DNA of 64,000 nucleotides from Nitrosopumilus sp. (GTDB lineage Archaea > Thermoproteota > Nitrososphaeria > Nitrososphaerales > Nitrosopumilaceae), in contig OY763927.2 of assembly GCA_963667665.2 (NCBI GenBank), positions 32,001 to 96,000 on the forward strand, written 5' to 3'. The number at the start of each line of letters is the position of its first letter. The stretch's first letter is position 1. Shown piece after piece: positions 47,906 through 60,080 of this stretch. The notes below the pieces were generated by a model. It was not told the DNA's origin. It worked only from the letters and a program-made list of their open reading frames with translations, and ran no database searches. The position numbers and the translations under genes were made by a program.

Positions 47906-48682
47906 ATGAAAAAAATCGAAATCAACAAAATTTATAATTTAAATTGTATTGAAGGAATGAATTTAATTCCTAAAAACAAAATTGATCTTGTAATCACTGA
48001 TCCTCCTTTTGCCATAAACTTTAAAGCAAAAAAAGCAAATTATAATAGAATTTCATCTAATGTATTATCAGGATATAACGAAATCAAACCAGAGGATTAC
48101 TATGATTTTACATTTACATGGATGAGTGAAGTTTTTAGAATTCTAAAGGACTCTGGTAGCATGTATGTTTTTTCCGGCTGGAATAACCTCAAAGATATTT
48201 TACAAGCACTAGATGATGTTGGATTTGTTACCATTAACCACATTATCTGGAAATATCAGTTTGGTGTAGTTACTAAAAAGAAATTTGTCACTTCTCACTA
48301 TCATTGTCTTTATGTTTGCAAAGATAACAAGAAAAGAAAATTTTTCCCATTTTCTAGGTTTAAAAAAGACGATAAAACAAAAGATGGACGAAGTCTTCAT
48401 TACAAAGACAAAGAAGATGTGTGGAATATCAAAAGAGAGTACTGGACTGGAGACGAAAAAACTCCCACTAAACTTCCTTCTGAATTAATTCAAAAATTAT
48501 TGGAATATTCTAGTGAAAAGAAAGATGTTGTATTTGATCCATTTCTTGGTTCAGGACAAGTAGCAGTTGTCAGCAAATCTCTTGATAGACGATTTCTTGG
48601 ATTTGAAATTGTTCCTGATTATTACAAATTTGCCAAAAAACGACTTGATAAAAATTTGTATAGAATCAAGAAATCAAAATAA
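47906..48682 (+). CDS. Orphan N4/N6 DNA methyltransferase (beta class)
   Basis: TDPPF before DPFLGSG; no adjacent restriction gene. Confidence 0.9.
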   Translation: MKKIEINKIYNLNCIEGMNLIPKNKIDLVITDPPFAINFKAKKANYNRISSNVLSGYNEIKPEDYYDFTFTWMSEVFRILKDSGSMYVFSGWNNLKDILQALDDVGFVTINHIIWKYQFGVVTKKKFVTSHYHCLYVCKDNKKRKFFPFSRFKKDDKTKDGRSLHYKDKEDVWNIKREYWTGDEKTPTKLPSELIQKLLEYSSEKKDVVFDPFLGSGQVAVVSKSLDRRFLGFEIVPDYYKFAKKRLDKNLYRIKKSK

Positions 48683-48686
48683 ACTA

Positions 48687-49043
48687 TTAATTATTTTCTG
48701 GCTCATCTTTTTTCTGACCCATCTTCTCTGAAATCATTTTTCTTAATTCGTCGTCTGTTTTTTCCACATTTACTCCCATTGATTTGGCCATGGTTTCTAA
48801 CTTTTCTCGTTCTGTTCCTACTGGTCCAGTAATTTTTGGTGATTGTTCTTCTCCTATCTTCATCTGGTCTTGAATTTCGTTTTTTGCTTTGTTGTATTCA
48901 TTAACAGCTTTTCCAAGTTTTTTTGCAGCGCCAGGAAGCTTCCCTGTTCCTAAAATCAAAACTATTGCGACAAAAATAATGATCATCCATTCGCTTCCAG
49001 CTATGTTCAACGAGAAATCAAGCATACCATGGAACACTCTCAT
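48687..49043 (-). CDS. tatA: Twin-arginine translocase TatA/E subunit
   Basis: GSEWMII...LILGTGKLPGAAKKLGKAVNEY; start probably 49025. Confidence 0.85.
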   Translation of the reverse strand: MRVFHGMLDFSLNIAGSEWMIIIFVAIVLILGTGKLPGAAKKLGKAVNEYNKAKNEIQDQMKIGEEQSPKITGPVGTEREKLETMAKSMGVNVEKTDDELRKMISEKMGQKKDEPENN

Positions 49044-49081
49044 TTGAAATTAAAGGTAATGTTCAAGTTTTATGCCTATGA

Positions 49082-50242
49082 TCAATTTGAGCTTTGGATT
49101 CTTTGTGGCTCTAGTTTCTTTCTTGACATTATAGCAAACAGTGTAACTCCTATTCCTATTATACAAAATATCAGATATGGTGTCTCATCTCCAAATGATT
49201 CTGTAATTGGACCGCCAATTATTGGTCCTATTGCCCAACCTATTCCAAAAACTGTTTCATATGCACCAATTAATCTTCCTGAAATTTCTTTTCTGGTCTT
49301 ACTTAAAATTATTTCTAATGTTAAGGGGAAAAATATACTAAACCCAAATCCCATTAGAATCAATGAAACTGCAAAACCAATAATTGAATCTGCAACAACT
49401 GATATGGCTAATCCAATTGATACTGCCATTGTTGCAGCAATCAAAGTCTGACTTGAATATTTTGCAAACTTTCCAACAAATGCAAGAGATACAACACGTG
49501 ATATTCCAAAAACAAAATACAATAACAGAATATCTGTAGCCCCCATTCCATTGTCATTTAGAAATGCTGGATAGATTGTGAGAATTATTCCAAAAGAAGA
49601 TGTACAGAAAATCAATAAGATTATTACTTCTGGAAATCTTTTCATCTCCTTAATTGATGAAAAAGATAATCGTTCATGATGAGTTCTAACTCTTTTTCTT
49701 GAGATAATTAGTGCAGAGATTATTGCAGTAGCCAGAATAAATGCTGTAATCTGAAATAGAATTCTGTAGGTAATATCAAGACCCTCCAGGAATACTGTAC
49801 CAAGTAATGGACCTACCATAAATCCAATAACGAAAAACATTGTAAACCAGGAAATGTTTTTGACTCTGTTTTTTTCTGTACTCTCAGTAGCGATTATAGC
49901 CTGACATGGTGGCCAAAAAAATGCATGAGCTATTCCTGTCATTATTCTGAATCCCATTATTTCTGGAACTGACTGTGCAATTGATAGAAGGTAAATTGAT
50001 GCGGAATTGATAGCAGCTCCTAATGCAAGTAGGTATCCACTGTTAAATCTGTCAAGAAGAATTCCTACAAAAAGTGGAATAAACATGTAAGGGATGAAAT
50101 TGGTTAATCCAATTAATCCAAGTTCAGAATACGTAGCACCAATGACATTTTTTGCAAATAATGGTAGAATTGGTCCGTGCAGTCCATATGAAATTCCAAT
50201 GATTAAAGCAGTAATGTTGACTAGAATCAGAGCTCTGTTCAT
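49082..50242 (-). CDS. MFS transporter
   Basis: ~12 hydrophobic helices, GILLDRF motif A. Confidence 0.9.
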   Translation of the reverse strand: MNRALILVNITALIIGISYGLHGPILPLFAKNVIGATYSELGLIGLTNFIPYMFIPLFVGILLDRFNSGYLLALGAAINSASIYLLSIAQSVPEIMGFRIMTGIAHAFFWPPCQAIIATESTEKNRVKNISWFTMFFVIGFMVGPLLGTVFLEGLDITYRILFQITAFILATAIISALIISRKRVRTHHERLSFSSIKEMKRFPEVIILLIFCTSSFGIILTIYPAFLNDNGMGATDILLLYFVFGISRVVSLAFVGKFAKYSSQTLIAATMAVSIGLAISVVADSIIGFAVSLILMGFGFSIFFPLTLEIILSKTRKEISGRLIGAYETVFGIGWAIGPIIGGPITESFGDETPYLIFCIIGIGVTLFAIMSRKKLEPQRIQSSN

Positions 50243-50928
50243 TTGTAAGCTGCAACCATTATTGCTCCGCCCATAAGATCTTTCTCAAATTCTACTCTAG
50301 AAAATTTTTCTAATAACAATCCCTCAATCTTTTTGTTTTGAGGCCATCTTTTGAAAGTACCATGCAGCCTTCCAAACTTTAATCCAAGTCTTCCTCCTGC
50401 AATAAATGCAAGAATAGGAAGAATGCATCTCAGATAAAATGAAACACCTGCTCTGATAAATATCTCATCTGGTTTTCCCAAATCAACAATAACAAATCTT
50501 CCATCTTTTTTCAACACTCTATGAATTTCAGAAATTGCAATTCTCAAATTGATTGCATCCCTTAATGAATATCCACACAAAACTGCATCAAACTCCTCAT
50601 CTCTAAATGGAATGTGTTCAAAAACTCCGTTTATCATGTCTGGTGATGTTTCAAAATATTTGCTAGTATTTTTGAGCATAGGAACAAGAGGATCATAAAG
50701 TGTAATTGAAATTTTTCCATCAGTTTGCTTTAGTGCAGTCTTTGACATGTTACCAAAACCAGAACCTGCATCTAGAATTTTGTTGCCTGGAAGCACTCTT
50801 CCAGAAATTCCGCGATTTCTATGTTCGTCATCTTTGCCCAATGAAATAATAGAATTTACTTTATCATATACTGGAATAATTTCTCGAAGTACATCCATTA
50901 CTTCGCCCCAATAACTTCCTAAACCCAT
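50239..50928 (-). CDS. UbiE/MenG-like SAM methyltransferase
   Basis: YDKVNSIISLG, LDAGSG, IPFRDEEFDAV, EIHRVLK. Confidence 0.85.
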   Translation of the reverse strand: MGLGSYWGEVMDVLREIIPVYDKVNSIISLGKDDEHRNRGISGRVLPGNKILDAGSGFGNMSKTALKQTDGKISITLYDPLVPMLKNTSKYFETSPDMINGVFEHIPFRDEEFDAVLCGYSLRDAINLRIAISEIHRVLKKDGRFVIVDLGKPDEIFIRAGVSFYLRCILPILAFIAGGRLGLKFGRLHGTFKRWPQNKKIEGLLLEKFSRVEFEKDLMGGAIMVAAYK

Positions 50929-50978
50929 AATCTATCGTCTCTGAATACTTGTTTGAATAGTTTTCAAATCTAAAACTT

Positions 50979-51704
50979 TTATTCTGCAGCAAACTTTGAT
51001 GAGTTTTGAGAATAATTCTTTAAATCAGATTCAGAAACTTTTTCAAAAACTTTTTCTTTAGTTGTAATCTTTGCCATTTTAATATCCTTGATTCCATCTT
51101 TTTGTTCAGCTTTTAGATTAATTGCAGCAATAGCTAAAGATGCAGCATCATCAATACTCATATCTGAGTTGTAGTGTTTTTCCAAAAAATCATTTACATC
51201 GTCAGCCCCTGCTCCAATTGCAACTGCTGCAAATTGTACATAAGTTCCACTAGGATCAGTTACATAGATTGATTCTCCTTTTTGATCAATTCCTGCAATT
51301 ATTAATGAAACGCCATTTGGACGAACTCCTCCATATTGTGTAAACTGATGAGATTGATCTGCTAAATGTTTAGCAACAGTTCCAACTTCAACTGATTCAT
51401 CATATGTCATTCTATTTCCTTGTGAAAAGAATCTTGCACTATCTACTTGAATACGTGCATCTGGGATATATCCTGCTGCGGCAACCCCGATATGAAAATC
51501 TACTTGGAAAATTTTTTGTGTGATATCTGCAGTTTGTAATGTTCTGGCTTTTTCTTCAACTGCCATGATAACTCCATCTTTACTGCAAATACCAATTGCT
51601 AAGGTTCCTCTTTTTACAGTCTCCATGGCATACTCGACTTGGTAAATTCTACCATCTGGCGAATACATGGTAGGCGTCATATCGTAACCGCGTGATGCCA
51701 TCAT
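50979..51704 (-). CDS. psmA: Proteasome alpha subunit
   Basis: YDMTPTMYSPDGRIYQVEYA. Confidence 0.96.
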   Translation of the reverse strand: MMASRGYDMTPTMYSPDGRIYQVEYAMETVKRGTLAIGICSKDGVIMAVEEKARTLQTADITQKIFQVDFHIGVAAAGYIPDARIQVDSARFFSQGNRMTYDESVEVGTVAKHLADQSHQFTQYGGVRPNGVSLIIAGIDQKGESIYVTDPSGTYVQFAAVAIGAGADDVNDFLEKHYNSDMSIDDAASLAIAAINLKAEQKDGIKDIKMAKITTKEKVFEKVSESDLKNYSQNSSKFAAE

Positions 51705-51814
51705 AATATCACGAGTTCATTCCAAGTCAATTTAAGGGTAATTATCTTCCTGAATATGGAAAAGATATGGAAATAGAGTTTTAAGCGAAATTTGCTTTCT
51801 TTTCTTTAAGATAC

Positions 51815-52198
51815 ATGACTAATCAACTCCTAGAATTCAAAGAAATTATTAGATCTAAACAAGTTTCTGCGCAAAGAAAACCCGATAAACAAACTAGAAA
51901 GCTGTTACTTTACTTGTTTACTAGTACTAGAGGTGGATTTACTCGATTACGCATTATAATGCACTTGCTTGATCAACCATACAACACTCATCAATTATCA
52001 AAAGAACTTGATCTTGATTACAAAGCAATTCAACACCACATGAAAGTGCTAGAGAAAAATAACATGGTATCAAAAATTGGCGAAAAATATGGTGCAATAT
52101 TTCATTTGTCAACTTTCCTTGAAATTAACATAAGTGTACTTGATGAAGCAATTGAAAAACTAGATAGAAAAATGAATTACAAAAAGGTCTATCTATAA
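51815..52198 (+). CDS. ArsR-family winged-helix regulator
   Basis: TRGGFTRLRI...NTHQLSKELDLDYKAIQHHMKVL. Confidence 0.85.
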   Translation: MTNQLLEFKEIIRSKQVSAQRKPDKQTRKLLLYLFTSTRGGFTRLRIIMHLLDQPYNTHQLSKELDLDYKAIQHHMKVLEKNNMVSKIGEKYGAIFHLSTFLEINISVLDEAIEKLDRKMNYKKVYL

Positions 52199-52271
52199 TT
52201 TCATATTCATAAACTGCGATCATCGATTTTAACCAAAAATATATAATCTTAGACCATCAAATACGATTAAC

Positions 52272-53546
52272 TTGTTCAAGAGTGATCCTTTTGCAAATGC
52301 AACTAAACAAGTTAATGATGCATGTGACATTCTTGGAATTAAAGACAAAGGTTTGCGTGAATATCTTGCAATGCCAAACAAAGTTTTGAGAGTAAAGATT
52401 CCAGTAAAAATGGATAATGGTAAAATTAGAATTTTCACAGGTTTTCGAAGTCAACATAACAATGATAGAGGTCCCTACAAAGGAGGTATTCGTTACTTTA
52501 ATCCAGAAGGTGGAGTTGAATACATGGAACGTGAAGTTATGGCACTGTCTTCATGGATGACATGGAAATGTGCAATTGTTGATATTCCATTAGGTGGCGC
52601 AAAAGGTGCAATCTATGTAAACCCTAAAACAGAAAAAATTAGCGATGCAGAATTAGAGAGACTAACAAGAGGATTTGCATTCAAAATTTCTGAAATTATA
52701 GGACCTCAAAAAGATATTCCAGCTCCTGATGTTTACACAACAGGTAGAGAGATGACTCAAATTATGGACACATTTAGCAAACTAAACGGTAACCAATCTA
52801 CTCCAGCTGTAATTACTGGAAAGCCAATTTCAATGGGAGGCTCACTTGCAAGAAATGTTGCAACTGGATTAGGAGCAGCATATTGTGTGAGAGAAGCTGC
52901 AAAGCAATTGAAACTAAATCTAAAAGGTGCCAAAGTTGTTTTGCAAGGATTTGGAAATGCATCAACATTTGCAGGAGAATCTCTTGAAAAGATGGGTGCT
53001 AAAGTAATTGCAGTTAGTGACTCTAAAGGTTCCATTTCTATTCCAAATGGTGCAAAGGTTAGTAAAATTTTAGAACACAAACAAAAGAAAGGCTCTGTTG
53101 TTGGATTTCCTGGAAGTAAAAAGATCTCAACTGAACAATTACTTACTACTAAATGTGACATTTTAGTTCCTGCTGCACTAGAAAATCAAATCAATGCAAA
53201 GATTGCCAAGAATCTGAAATGTAAAATTATTGCAGAAGCTGCAAATGGTCCAACACTACCAGAAGCTGATCCAATTATTTACAAAAAGAAAATTATGGTA
53301 ATTCCTGATATTTTAGCAAACTCTGGTGGTGTCTGTATTTCATATCTAGAATGGGTTCAAAACAATATGGGTTACTATTGGACATTTGATGAGGTTGCAA
53401 AGAAAATGGAAGAAAATATCACAAAAGGATTCAAAGATGCATATGCCATGTCCAAAAAACACAAAATCAACATGAGAAAAGCTGCTATGGTTTTGGCAGT
53501 TGAAAGAGTAGTAGAAGCCTTTAATCAAAAAGGTATTTGGCCATAA
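52272..53546 (+). CDS. gdhA: Glutamate dehydrogenase
   Basis: GPYKGGIRY, MTWKC, GGAKG, DIPAPD, QGFGN, EAANGP. Confidence 0.95.
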   Translation: MFKSDPFANATKQVNDACDILGIKDKGLREYLAMPNKVLRVKIPVKMDNGKIRIFTGFRSQHNNDRGPYKGGIRYFNPEGGVEYMEREVMALSSWMTWKCAIVDIPLGGAKGAIYVNPKTEKISDAELERLTRGFAFKISEIIGPQKDIPAPDVYTTGREMTQIMDTFSKLNGNQSTPAVITGKPISMGGSLARNVATGLGAAYCVREAAKQLKLNLKGAKVVLQGFGNASTFAGESLEKMGAKVIAVSDSKGSISIPNGAKVSKILEHKQKKGSVVGFPGSKKISTEQLLTTKCDILVPAALENQINAKIAKNLKCKIIAEAANGPTLPEADPIIYKKKIMVIPDILANSGGVCISYLEWVQNNMGYYWTFDEVAKKMEENITKGFKDAYAMSKKHKINMRKAAMVLAVERVVEAFNQKGIWP

Positions 53547-53548
53547 AC

Positions 53549-53926
53549 TTAGGCTAGGTACGATTCGTAACAAACTAGTTGTTCAATATACATTATCTTG
53601 CCCTTAGTAATTTCTCGTAGTTTTCTTTTGAAAGAAAGATCAATTTTTGTTCTTCTTTGCAATAATTGAATTGTTTTATCAGTTAATGTTCTACCTTTTT
53701 TGTCTCTGTCAAAAAGAATAATCAATCTTTTATATTTTGAAACTGAATCAGCAAAATCAATCATTCCTGCAAATTTGTAAAATTCTAAAACTTTTCCAGT
53801 GTAACCTAATTTTTTTAATGCAATAGAATCTCTTTTACCTTCAACTACTACTGTACTATCTTCTAAAGAGTTTAACTGAAAAATAAAATTCTTTAATTCT
53901 ATAATTTCTTGTTCTGTAACAAGCAC
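53549..53926 (-). CDS. Stand-alone TOPRIM domain protein
   Basis: VVVEGKRD, LFDRDKKG. Confidence 0.85.
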   Translation of the reverse strand: MLVTEQEIIELKNFIFQLNSLEDSTVVVEGKRDSIALKKLGYTGKVLEFYKFAGMIDFADSVSKYKRLIILFDRDKKGRTLTDKTIQLLQRRTKIDLSFKRKLREITKGKIMYIEQLVCYESYLA

Positions 53927-53975
53927 ATTTTTTATTTCACTTTAACATATTAATCACTTTTTTCAATAGAAAATA

Positions 53976-54659
53976 ATGTCTGACGTTTTACTTGTACAAA
54001 ATACCAAAACTGAAGGTTCTGGATATCTAGGAGAACTTCTCAATGATGATGGATTTGATATAACTTCAGTTAATGCAAAACATGAACCACTTCCTAAGAA
54101 AGATGTTTCACTTGTTGTAATTTTAGGAGCACCTGAAAGTGCAAATGATAATTTACCATATCTTCAAGCAGAACAACAACTTATCAAAAATTGTGTTGAG
54201 AAAAATATTCCTGTGCTGGGAATTTGTTTAGGATCGCAATTAATTGCTAAAACTTTTGGTGCCAAAGTATACAGTGGCCCACGAAAAGAAATTGGATTTT
54301 ACAATGATTTGAAAATTCATAATGACACTTTATTTTTTTCTGGTTTCAAAAATCCTTTTACTGTCTTTCATTGGCATGGTGATACCTTTGATTTACCTGA
54401 AAATGCAGTTAGATTAGTCTCATCTGAGCATTATCTGAATCAAGCATTTCAGTACAAAAGCGCAGTTGGATTACAATTTCATTTGGAGGTAAATGAGGAA
54501 ATGGTCAATTACTGGCTTGATAGAACTGAGGAAAAACTAGAAAATATTCCTAATGTAGATCCACAAAAAATTCGTTTAGATATTGATGAAAATATTTCAA
54601 CTGTAAAATCAAATATGAAAAATTTTTACAACAACTTCAAATCATCATTTGATCTTTGA
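53976..54659 (+). CDS. Class I glutamine amidotransferase
   Basis: LGICLGSQ, HWHGD, LQFHLE. Confidence 0.92.
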   Translation: MSDVLLVQNTKTEGSGYLGELLNDDGFDITSVNAKHEPLPKKDVSLVVILGAPESANDNLPYLQAEQQLIKNCVEKNIPVLGICLGSQLIAKTFGAKVYSGPRKEIGFYNDLKIHNDTLFFSGFKNPFTVFHWHGDTFDLPENAVRLVSSEHYLNQAFQYKSAVGLQFHLEVNEEMVNYWLDRTEEKLENIPNVDPQKIRLDIDENISTVKSNMKNFYNNFKSSFDL

Positions 54660-54701
54660 CCAAAGTTTAATATACTTAGTTTTGATTTTATCGATCGAAC
54701 C

Positions 54702-56819
54702 ATGGTTGCAGTAAAGAAAATTTTTGAAGAAATTATTCAAACTAAACACAAAGTCATTACAGAAGAATTATCAAAATCAATACTCAAAAGTTACGGAGTC
54801 AAAGTTCCACCTTTTGCACTTGTAACCTCTGCTGATGAAGCAGCAAAACAAGCAAAAAAGATTGGTTTTCCACTTGTAATGAAAGTAGTATCACCACAAA
54901 TCTTACACAAAACTGATGTTGGTGGAGTTAAAGTTGGATTAGAAAATGTCAATGATGTAAAAAAGACATTCAATGATATGTATGGCAGACTTTCTAAAAA
55001 GAAAGGAGTTGATGTTAAAGGAATACTTCTTGAAAAGATGGTTCCAAAAGGTGTTGAACTAATTGTTGGTCTTCAAAATGATTCTCAATTTGGTCCTGTA
55101 ATTATGGTTGGACTCGGTGGTATAATGACTGAAGTTATGAAAGACGTTTCATTTAGAATGCTACCAATTACAACTTCAGATGCAAAATCAATGATTAATG
55201 AACTCAAAGGCTCGAAACTTCTAAAAGGATTCAGAGGAAGTGCACCAATTGATCTTAATATGGTTGCAAACATGTTAGTTAGAATTGGAAAACTAGGAGT
55301 TGAAAACGCTGACCATTTCAACAGTATTGACTTTAATCCAGTAATAGTTTATCCAAAATCTCACTATGTTGTAGATGCAAAAATTCTTCTTAATGATAAA
55401 GTAAAGAAAAATTCTATCTCAAAGGCTAAACCAAACAAAGAAAACATGGAGACATTCTTTACTCCAAAATCTGTTGCACTAGTTGGTGCATCATCAACTC
55501 CAGGAAAGATTGGAAACTCTATCTTAGACAGTTTGGTAAATTATGATTTCAAAGGAAAGGTTTACCCAATAAATCCAAAGGCTGATAAAATCTTTGGACA
55601 AAAATGCTATCCAACAGTTTCAGCAGTTCCAGGTAAAATTGATCTTGTTGTAATTTCAGTAGATTTGTCTATGACTCCTCCTGTCTTAGAAGACTGTGCA
55701 AAGAAAGGAGTTCACAGTGTAGTAATTGTTTCAGGTGGAGGAAAAGAGCTTGGCGGAGAACGTGCAGCATATGAATCTGAAGTAGCGAGATTATCTAAAA
55801 AACACAAAATTAGAATTATTGGTCCTAATTGTATTGGAATGTTCAATGCTGCTAATCGCCTTGATTGTGCATTCCAAGGACAAGAAAGAATGCTACGTTC
55901 AAAATTAGGTAATGTTGCATTTTTCTCACAAAGTGGAACCATGGGAATTAGTATGTTAGAAAGTGCTGATGTGTTTGGTTTATCCAAGATGGTTAGTTTT
56001 GGTAATCGTTCTGATGTTGATGAAGCAGATATGATATGGTATGCTGCAAATGATCCTCAAACAAAAGTAATTGGACTATACGTTGAAGGATTTGGTGATG
56101 GACGAAAATTCATCAATACTGCCAAACGTGTTATGAAAGAAACAAAGAAACCAATAGTTATTTGGAAGAGTGGAAGAACTGCAATTGGTGCAAAACAAGC
56201 TGCATCACATACAGGCTCACTTGGAGGCTCAAATGCAATCATTATGGGTGCATTCAAGCAAGCAGGAATTATCTCTGTTGACAGTTATCAACAACTAGCT
56301 GGCGTCTTAAAGGCACTAGCATGGCAACCAGCTGCAAAGGGAAATCGTGTTGCTATGACTAGTAATGGTGCTGGTCCAATGATTGGTGGAATGGATCAAT
56401 TAGAAAGATTTGATCTTACAATAGGAAAGTTATCACCAGAACGTGTCAAAAAAATGAAGGCTCATTTTCCAATAGCTGTTCCTATTCATAGCGGTAATCC
56501 AGCAGATGTAGGTGGCGGTGCAACTGCAGAAGATTATAGATTCGTCATTCAACATTTCATGGAAGAAAAAAATATTGATATTGCAATGCCATGGTTTGTC
56601 TTCCAAGATAATCCACTTGAAGAAACAATTGTTGATTATCTTGCTGATTTCCAAAAGAAAAGAAAGAAACCACTTTTAGTTGGATGTAATGGTGGTCCAT
56701 ATACTGAAAAAATGGTAAAATTGATTGAGAAATACAATGTTCCAGTTTATCAAGACCTTCGAACTTGGGTTGAAGCTGCAGGTGCATTAGTTCAATTGGG
56801 CAAAATACAAGGAAAATAG
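54702..56819 (+). CDS. ADP-forming acyl-CoA synthetase, probably 3-hydroxypropionyl-CoA synthetase (3HP/4HB cycle)
   Basis: ATP-grasp HKTDVGGV first, then CoA-binding GPNC, SQSG, AASHTG; adjacent to crotonase. Confidence 0.85.
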   Translation: MVAVKKIFEEIIQTKHKVITEELSKSILKSYGVKVPPFALVTSADEAAKQAKKIGFPLVMKVVSPQILHKTDVGGVKVGLENVNDVKKTFNDMYGRLSKKKGVDVKGILLEKMVPKGVELIVGLQNDSQFGPVIMVGLGGIMTEVMKDVSFRMLPITTSDAKSMINELKGSKLLKGFRGSAPIDLNMVANMLVRIGKLGVENADHFNSIDFNPVIVYPKSHYVVDAKILLNDKVKKNSISKAKPNKENMETFFTPKSVALVGASSTPGKIGNSILDSLVNYDFKGKVYPINPKADKIFGQKCYPTVSAVPGKIDLVVISVDLSMTPPVLEDCAKKGVHSVVIVSGGGKELGGERAAYESEVARLSKKHKIRIIGPNCIGMFNAANRLDCAFQGQERMLRSKLGNVAFFSQSGTMGISMLESADVFGLSKMVSFGNRSDVDEADMIWYAANDPQTKVIGLYVEGFGDGRKFINTAKRVMKETKKPIVIWKSGRTAIGAKQAASHTGSLGGSNAIIMGAFKQAGIISVDSYQQLAGVLKALAWQPAAKGNRVAMTSNGAGPMIGGMDQLERFDLTIGKLSPERVKKMKAHFPIAVPIHSGNPADVGGGATAEDYRFVIQHFMEEKNIDIAMPWFVFQDNPLEETIVDYLADFQKKRKKPLLVGCNGGPYTEKMVKLIEKYNVPVYQDLRTWVEAAGALVQLGKIQGK

Positions 56820-57617
<798 letters not shown>

Positions 57618-57745
57618 CTATTTCCAACTTTTTTATTTTATTCAGATTACTACTGTAACTATAGAAAAATAGGCTGATCTCTTAAATCCATAGTGGGCTG
57701 GGTAGCAAAAGCTTATTATAATTTGAACATGCTTTTCTCTATATA

Positions 57746-58096
57746 ATGGCAACCGAACAAACACAAAAGCTAATCACAATTACTGCAAAAGCAGCTGAAA
57801 AAATCAAAGAATTCATGAAAGAAGAAGCAGAAGCCCCAGAATATCTTAGAGTATATGTTCAAGGTGGCGGTTGTTCTGGTCTATCTTATGGAATGGGCTT
57901 TGAAAAAGCACCAGAAGAAGACGATATCGTCATGGAGGAAAGTGGAGTAAAATTCCTAGTTGATAGTTACAGCATTGATCATCTTCAAGGTGCAAATGTA
58001 GACTATATTGAAAGTCTAATGGGATCTGGATTTAAAATTAACAATCCAAATGTTACAAAATCCTGTTCATGTGGTTCTTCTTTTAGTACAGAATAA
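57746..58096 (+). CDS. A-type Fe-S carrier (HesB/IscA/ErpA)
   Basis: GGGCSG, NPN, CSCGSSF. Confidence 0.93.
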   Translation: MATEQTQKLITITAKAAEKIKEFMKEEAEAPEYLRVYVQGGGCSGLSYGMGFEKAPEEDDIVMEESGVKFLVDSYSIDHLQGANVDYIESLMGSGFKINNPNVTKSCSCGSSFSTE

Positions 58097-58244
58097 ACAA
58101 CAAAATTTTTCATTTTTAGATCTCTCTAGCAATTGCTATGCAAACAGGCTTAAAAATTTCATGACTGCAGTGCAAATTTTTGCGATACCCTCATATATCG
58201 AAAGCAGAAACCCAAATTATGAATATTAAGGAGATGAATAGTTT

Positions 58245-59387
58245 ATGCCTCAATCAGGAATTGTCAAATATCACGTTAAACTTTCCTATGAAGTCGATGG
58301 ACTCGTTGAAAGAGCAGATATAATCGGCGCAATCTTTGGTCAAACAGAAGGTCTGTTAGGCCCAGAGATGAATCTGAATGAACTGCAACGAGTTTCCAAA
58401 GTAGGACGTATTGAAGTTGATGCAAAATCAACAGCTAATACTACAACTGGTACTGCTATAATCCCCATGAGTACTGATATTGATACTTGTGCATTAATTG
58501 CTGCAGGAATTGAAAGCATTGACAAAGTAGGTCCGTTTGATTGTAAATTTAGATTAGATACTATTGATGATGTAAGAGCTGCCAAGAAAGACGATATTGT
58601 AAGACGTGCTAAAGAAATCAAGCAAAAATGGGCAACAAAAACCGTTAGTGAAGGTGAAACCATGCTAAATGATGTACACAGAGGTGATGCTGGAAAACTA
58701 TCAACATATGGACCATCAAAACTTACATGCAGTTCTGGTGTCTTTGATTCTACTTGGGTAATTCTTGTTGAAGGAAGAGCTGATGTGATTAATCTTTTAA
58801 GAGCAGGATATGATAATGTGCTTGCAATTGAAGGCGCAAAAATTGATGAGTCAATCAAAGAACTATGCAATACAAAAGATACTGTTGTTGCATTCCTTGA
58901 TGGAGATAGATCCGGTGGATTTATTCTCAAAGAACTCAAATCTGTTGTTACATTAGACTATGAACTTCAAGCAGATAACGATACTGAAGTTGAAGAATTA
59001 ACTCCACAAAGAATTGATGAAATTCTAAGCCCTATTGCAAATGAAATTAAAGTTGGAAAACCTGCACCATCACTCAAAAATGAAGACGACAAACCAATTG
59101 TAGAGGTTGCATCAAAGGTTTTCCCAAATCTTAATGAAACACTTGAAGCAGTTGCATTAGATAGTGATCAAAAGGAAATTTTCAAAGTTCCAATCAGTGA
59201 GGTTGTTAGTAAATTATCCTCACAATCAGGAATCAAATATCTTCTACTAGATGGAATTATAACTCAAAGACTATTAGAAGGTGCCAAAAATGCTGGCGTT
59301 GAATGTGTTATTGGACATAGAGTTGCTAAACTATCTAACTCTGATGAAATGACGCTTAAAACATTTAGCGATTTAGGTATTGCATAG
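58245..59387 (+). CDS. dnaG: Archaeal DnaG (exosome-associated primase-like)
   Basis: GAIFGQTEGLLG, VEGRADV, FLDGDRSG, DGIITQRL. Confidence 0.95.
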   Translation: MPQSGIVKYHVKLSYEVDGLVERADIIGAIFGQTEGLLGPEMNLNELQRVSKVGRIEVDAKSTANTTTGTAIIPMSTDIDTCALIAAGIESIDKVGPFDCKFRLDTIDDVRAAKKDDIVRRAKEIKQKWATKTVSEGETMLNDVHRGDAGKLSTYGPSKLTCSSGVFDSTWVILVEGRADVINLLRAGYDNVLAIEGAKIDESIKELCNTKDTVVAFLDGDRSGGFILKELKSVVTLDYELQADNDTEVEELTPQRIDEILSPIANEIKVGKPAPSLKNEDDKPIVEVASKVFPNLNETLEAVALDSDQKEIFKVPISEVVSKLSSQSGIKYLLLDGIITQRLLEGAKNAGVECVIGHRVAKLSNSDEMTLKTFSDLGIA

Positions 59388-59396
59388 GCTTTCTAG

Positions 59397-60080
59397 ATGT
59401 CTGAACTAAAAATTCAGCACCTCTTAACTCTCTCTTTTCTTCTAACTAAAGGCGCAAAACACAACTATGTTACTATCACAACTTCATCTCTTGGAAAAAA
59501 TATCAAAAAATCACAACAAGCTGCATCAAAACATCTACTTGAGTTAGAACAAAATCTATTCATTGAAAGAATAGTCAGTGGAAGAAACATTTCAGTAAAA
59601 ATTACTTCAAAAGGTTTTTCTGAAATGGTTAAACTCTCAGCTATTTTACAAAAAAGTTTGGATTCTTCTCCTTCACATGTAATTCTAAAAGGAATTCTAG
59701 TTTCTGGAATGGGTGAAGGTGCATACTATATGGGATTGAAAGGATACACAAAACAATTCAAACCAAAAATTGGATACATTCCGTTTCTAGGCACTCTTAA
59801 TGTTAAATTAGATCAAAAAATTCACCAAGAAGCAATTAAACAATTTGAAATTTTGGAAGGTATCAAAATTAAGAGCTTTTCAGATGGTAAACGAACCTAT
59901 GGATGGGTAAAATGTTTTCCAGCTAAACTCAACAACTCAATTAATTGTGAATTAATAATACTTGAGCGAACTCATCATGACGCTTCTATAATTGAGTTAA
60001 TATCAAAAGTCTGTATAAGGGAAACTGGAAAACTAAAAGATGGATCAAAAGTTTCAATCAAAATTCCAATTAATTCCTAA
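59397..60080 (+). CDS. ribK: CTP-dependent riboflavin kinase with N-terminal HTH
   Basis: SQQAASKHL HTH; VSGMGEG, GTLNV, ERTHH, IELIS. Confidence 0.92.
   Translation: MSELKIQHLLTLSFLLTKGAKHNYVTITTSSLGKNIKKSQQAASKHLLELEQNLFIERIVSGRNISVKITSKGFSEMVKLSAILQKSLDSSPSHVILKGILVSGMGEGAYYMGLKGYTKQFKPKIGYIPFLGTLNVKLDQKIHQEAIKQFEILEGIKIKSFSDGKRTYGWVKCFPAKLNNSINCELIILERTHHDASIIELISKVCIRETGKLKDGSKVSIKIPINS

Noticed and set aside
45301-48682. Complete DISARM or restriction-modification system
   Set aside because: No PLD nuclease, SNF2 helicase or restriction enzyme nearby; divergent orientation; housekeeping neighbours
51747-51773. ATATGGAAA x2 upstream of the ArsR-family gene as an operator
   Set aside because: Short and AT-rich; cannot be distinguished from chance without comparative data
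58340-58939. 199-aa antisense ORF within dnaG, and similar antisense ORFs elsewhere
   Set aside because: Shadow frames of well-supported genes with no motifs of their own
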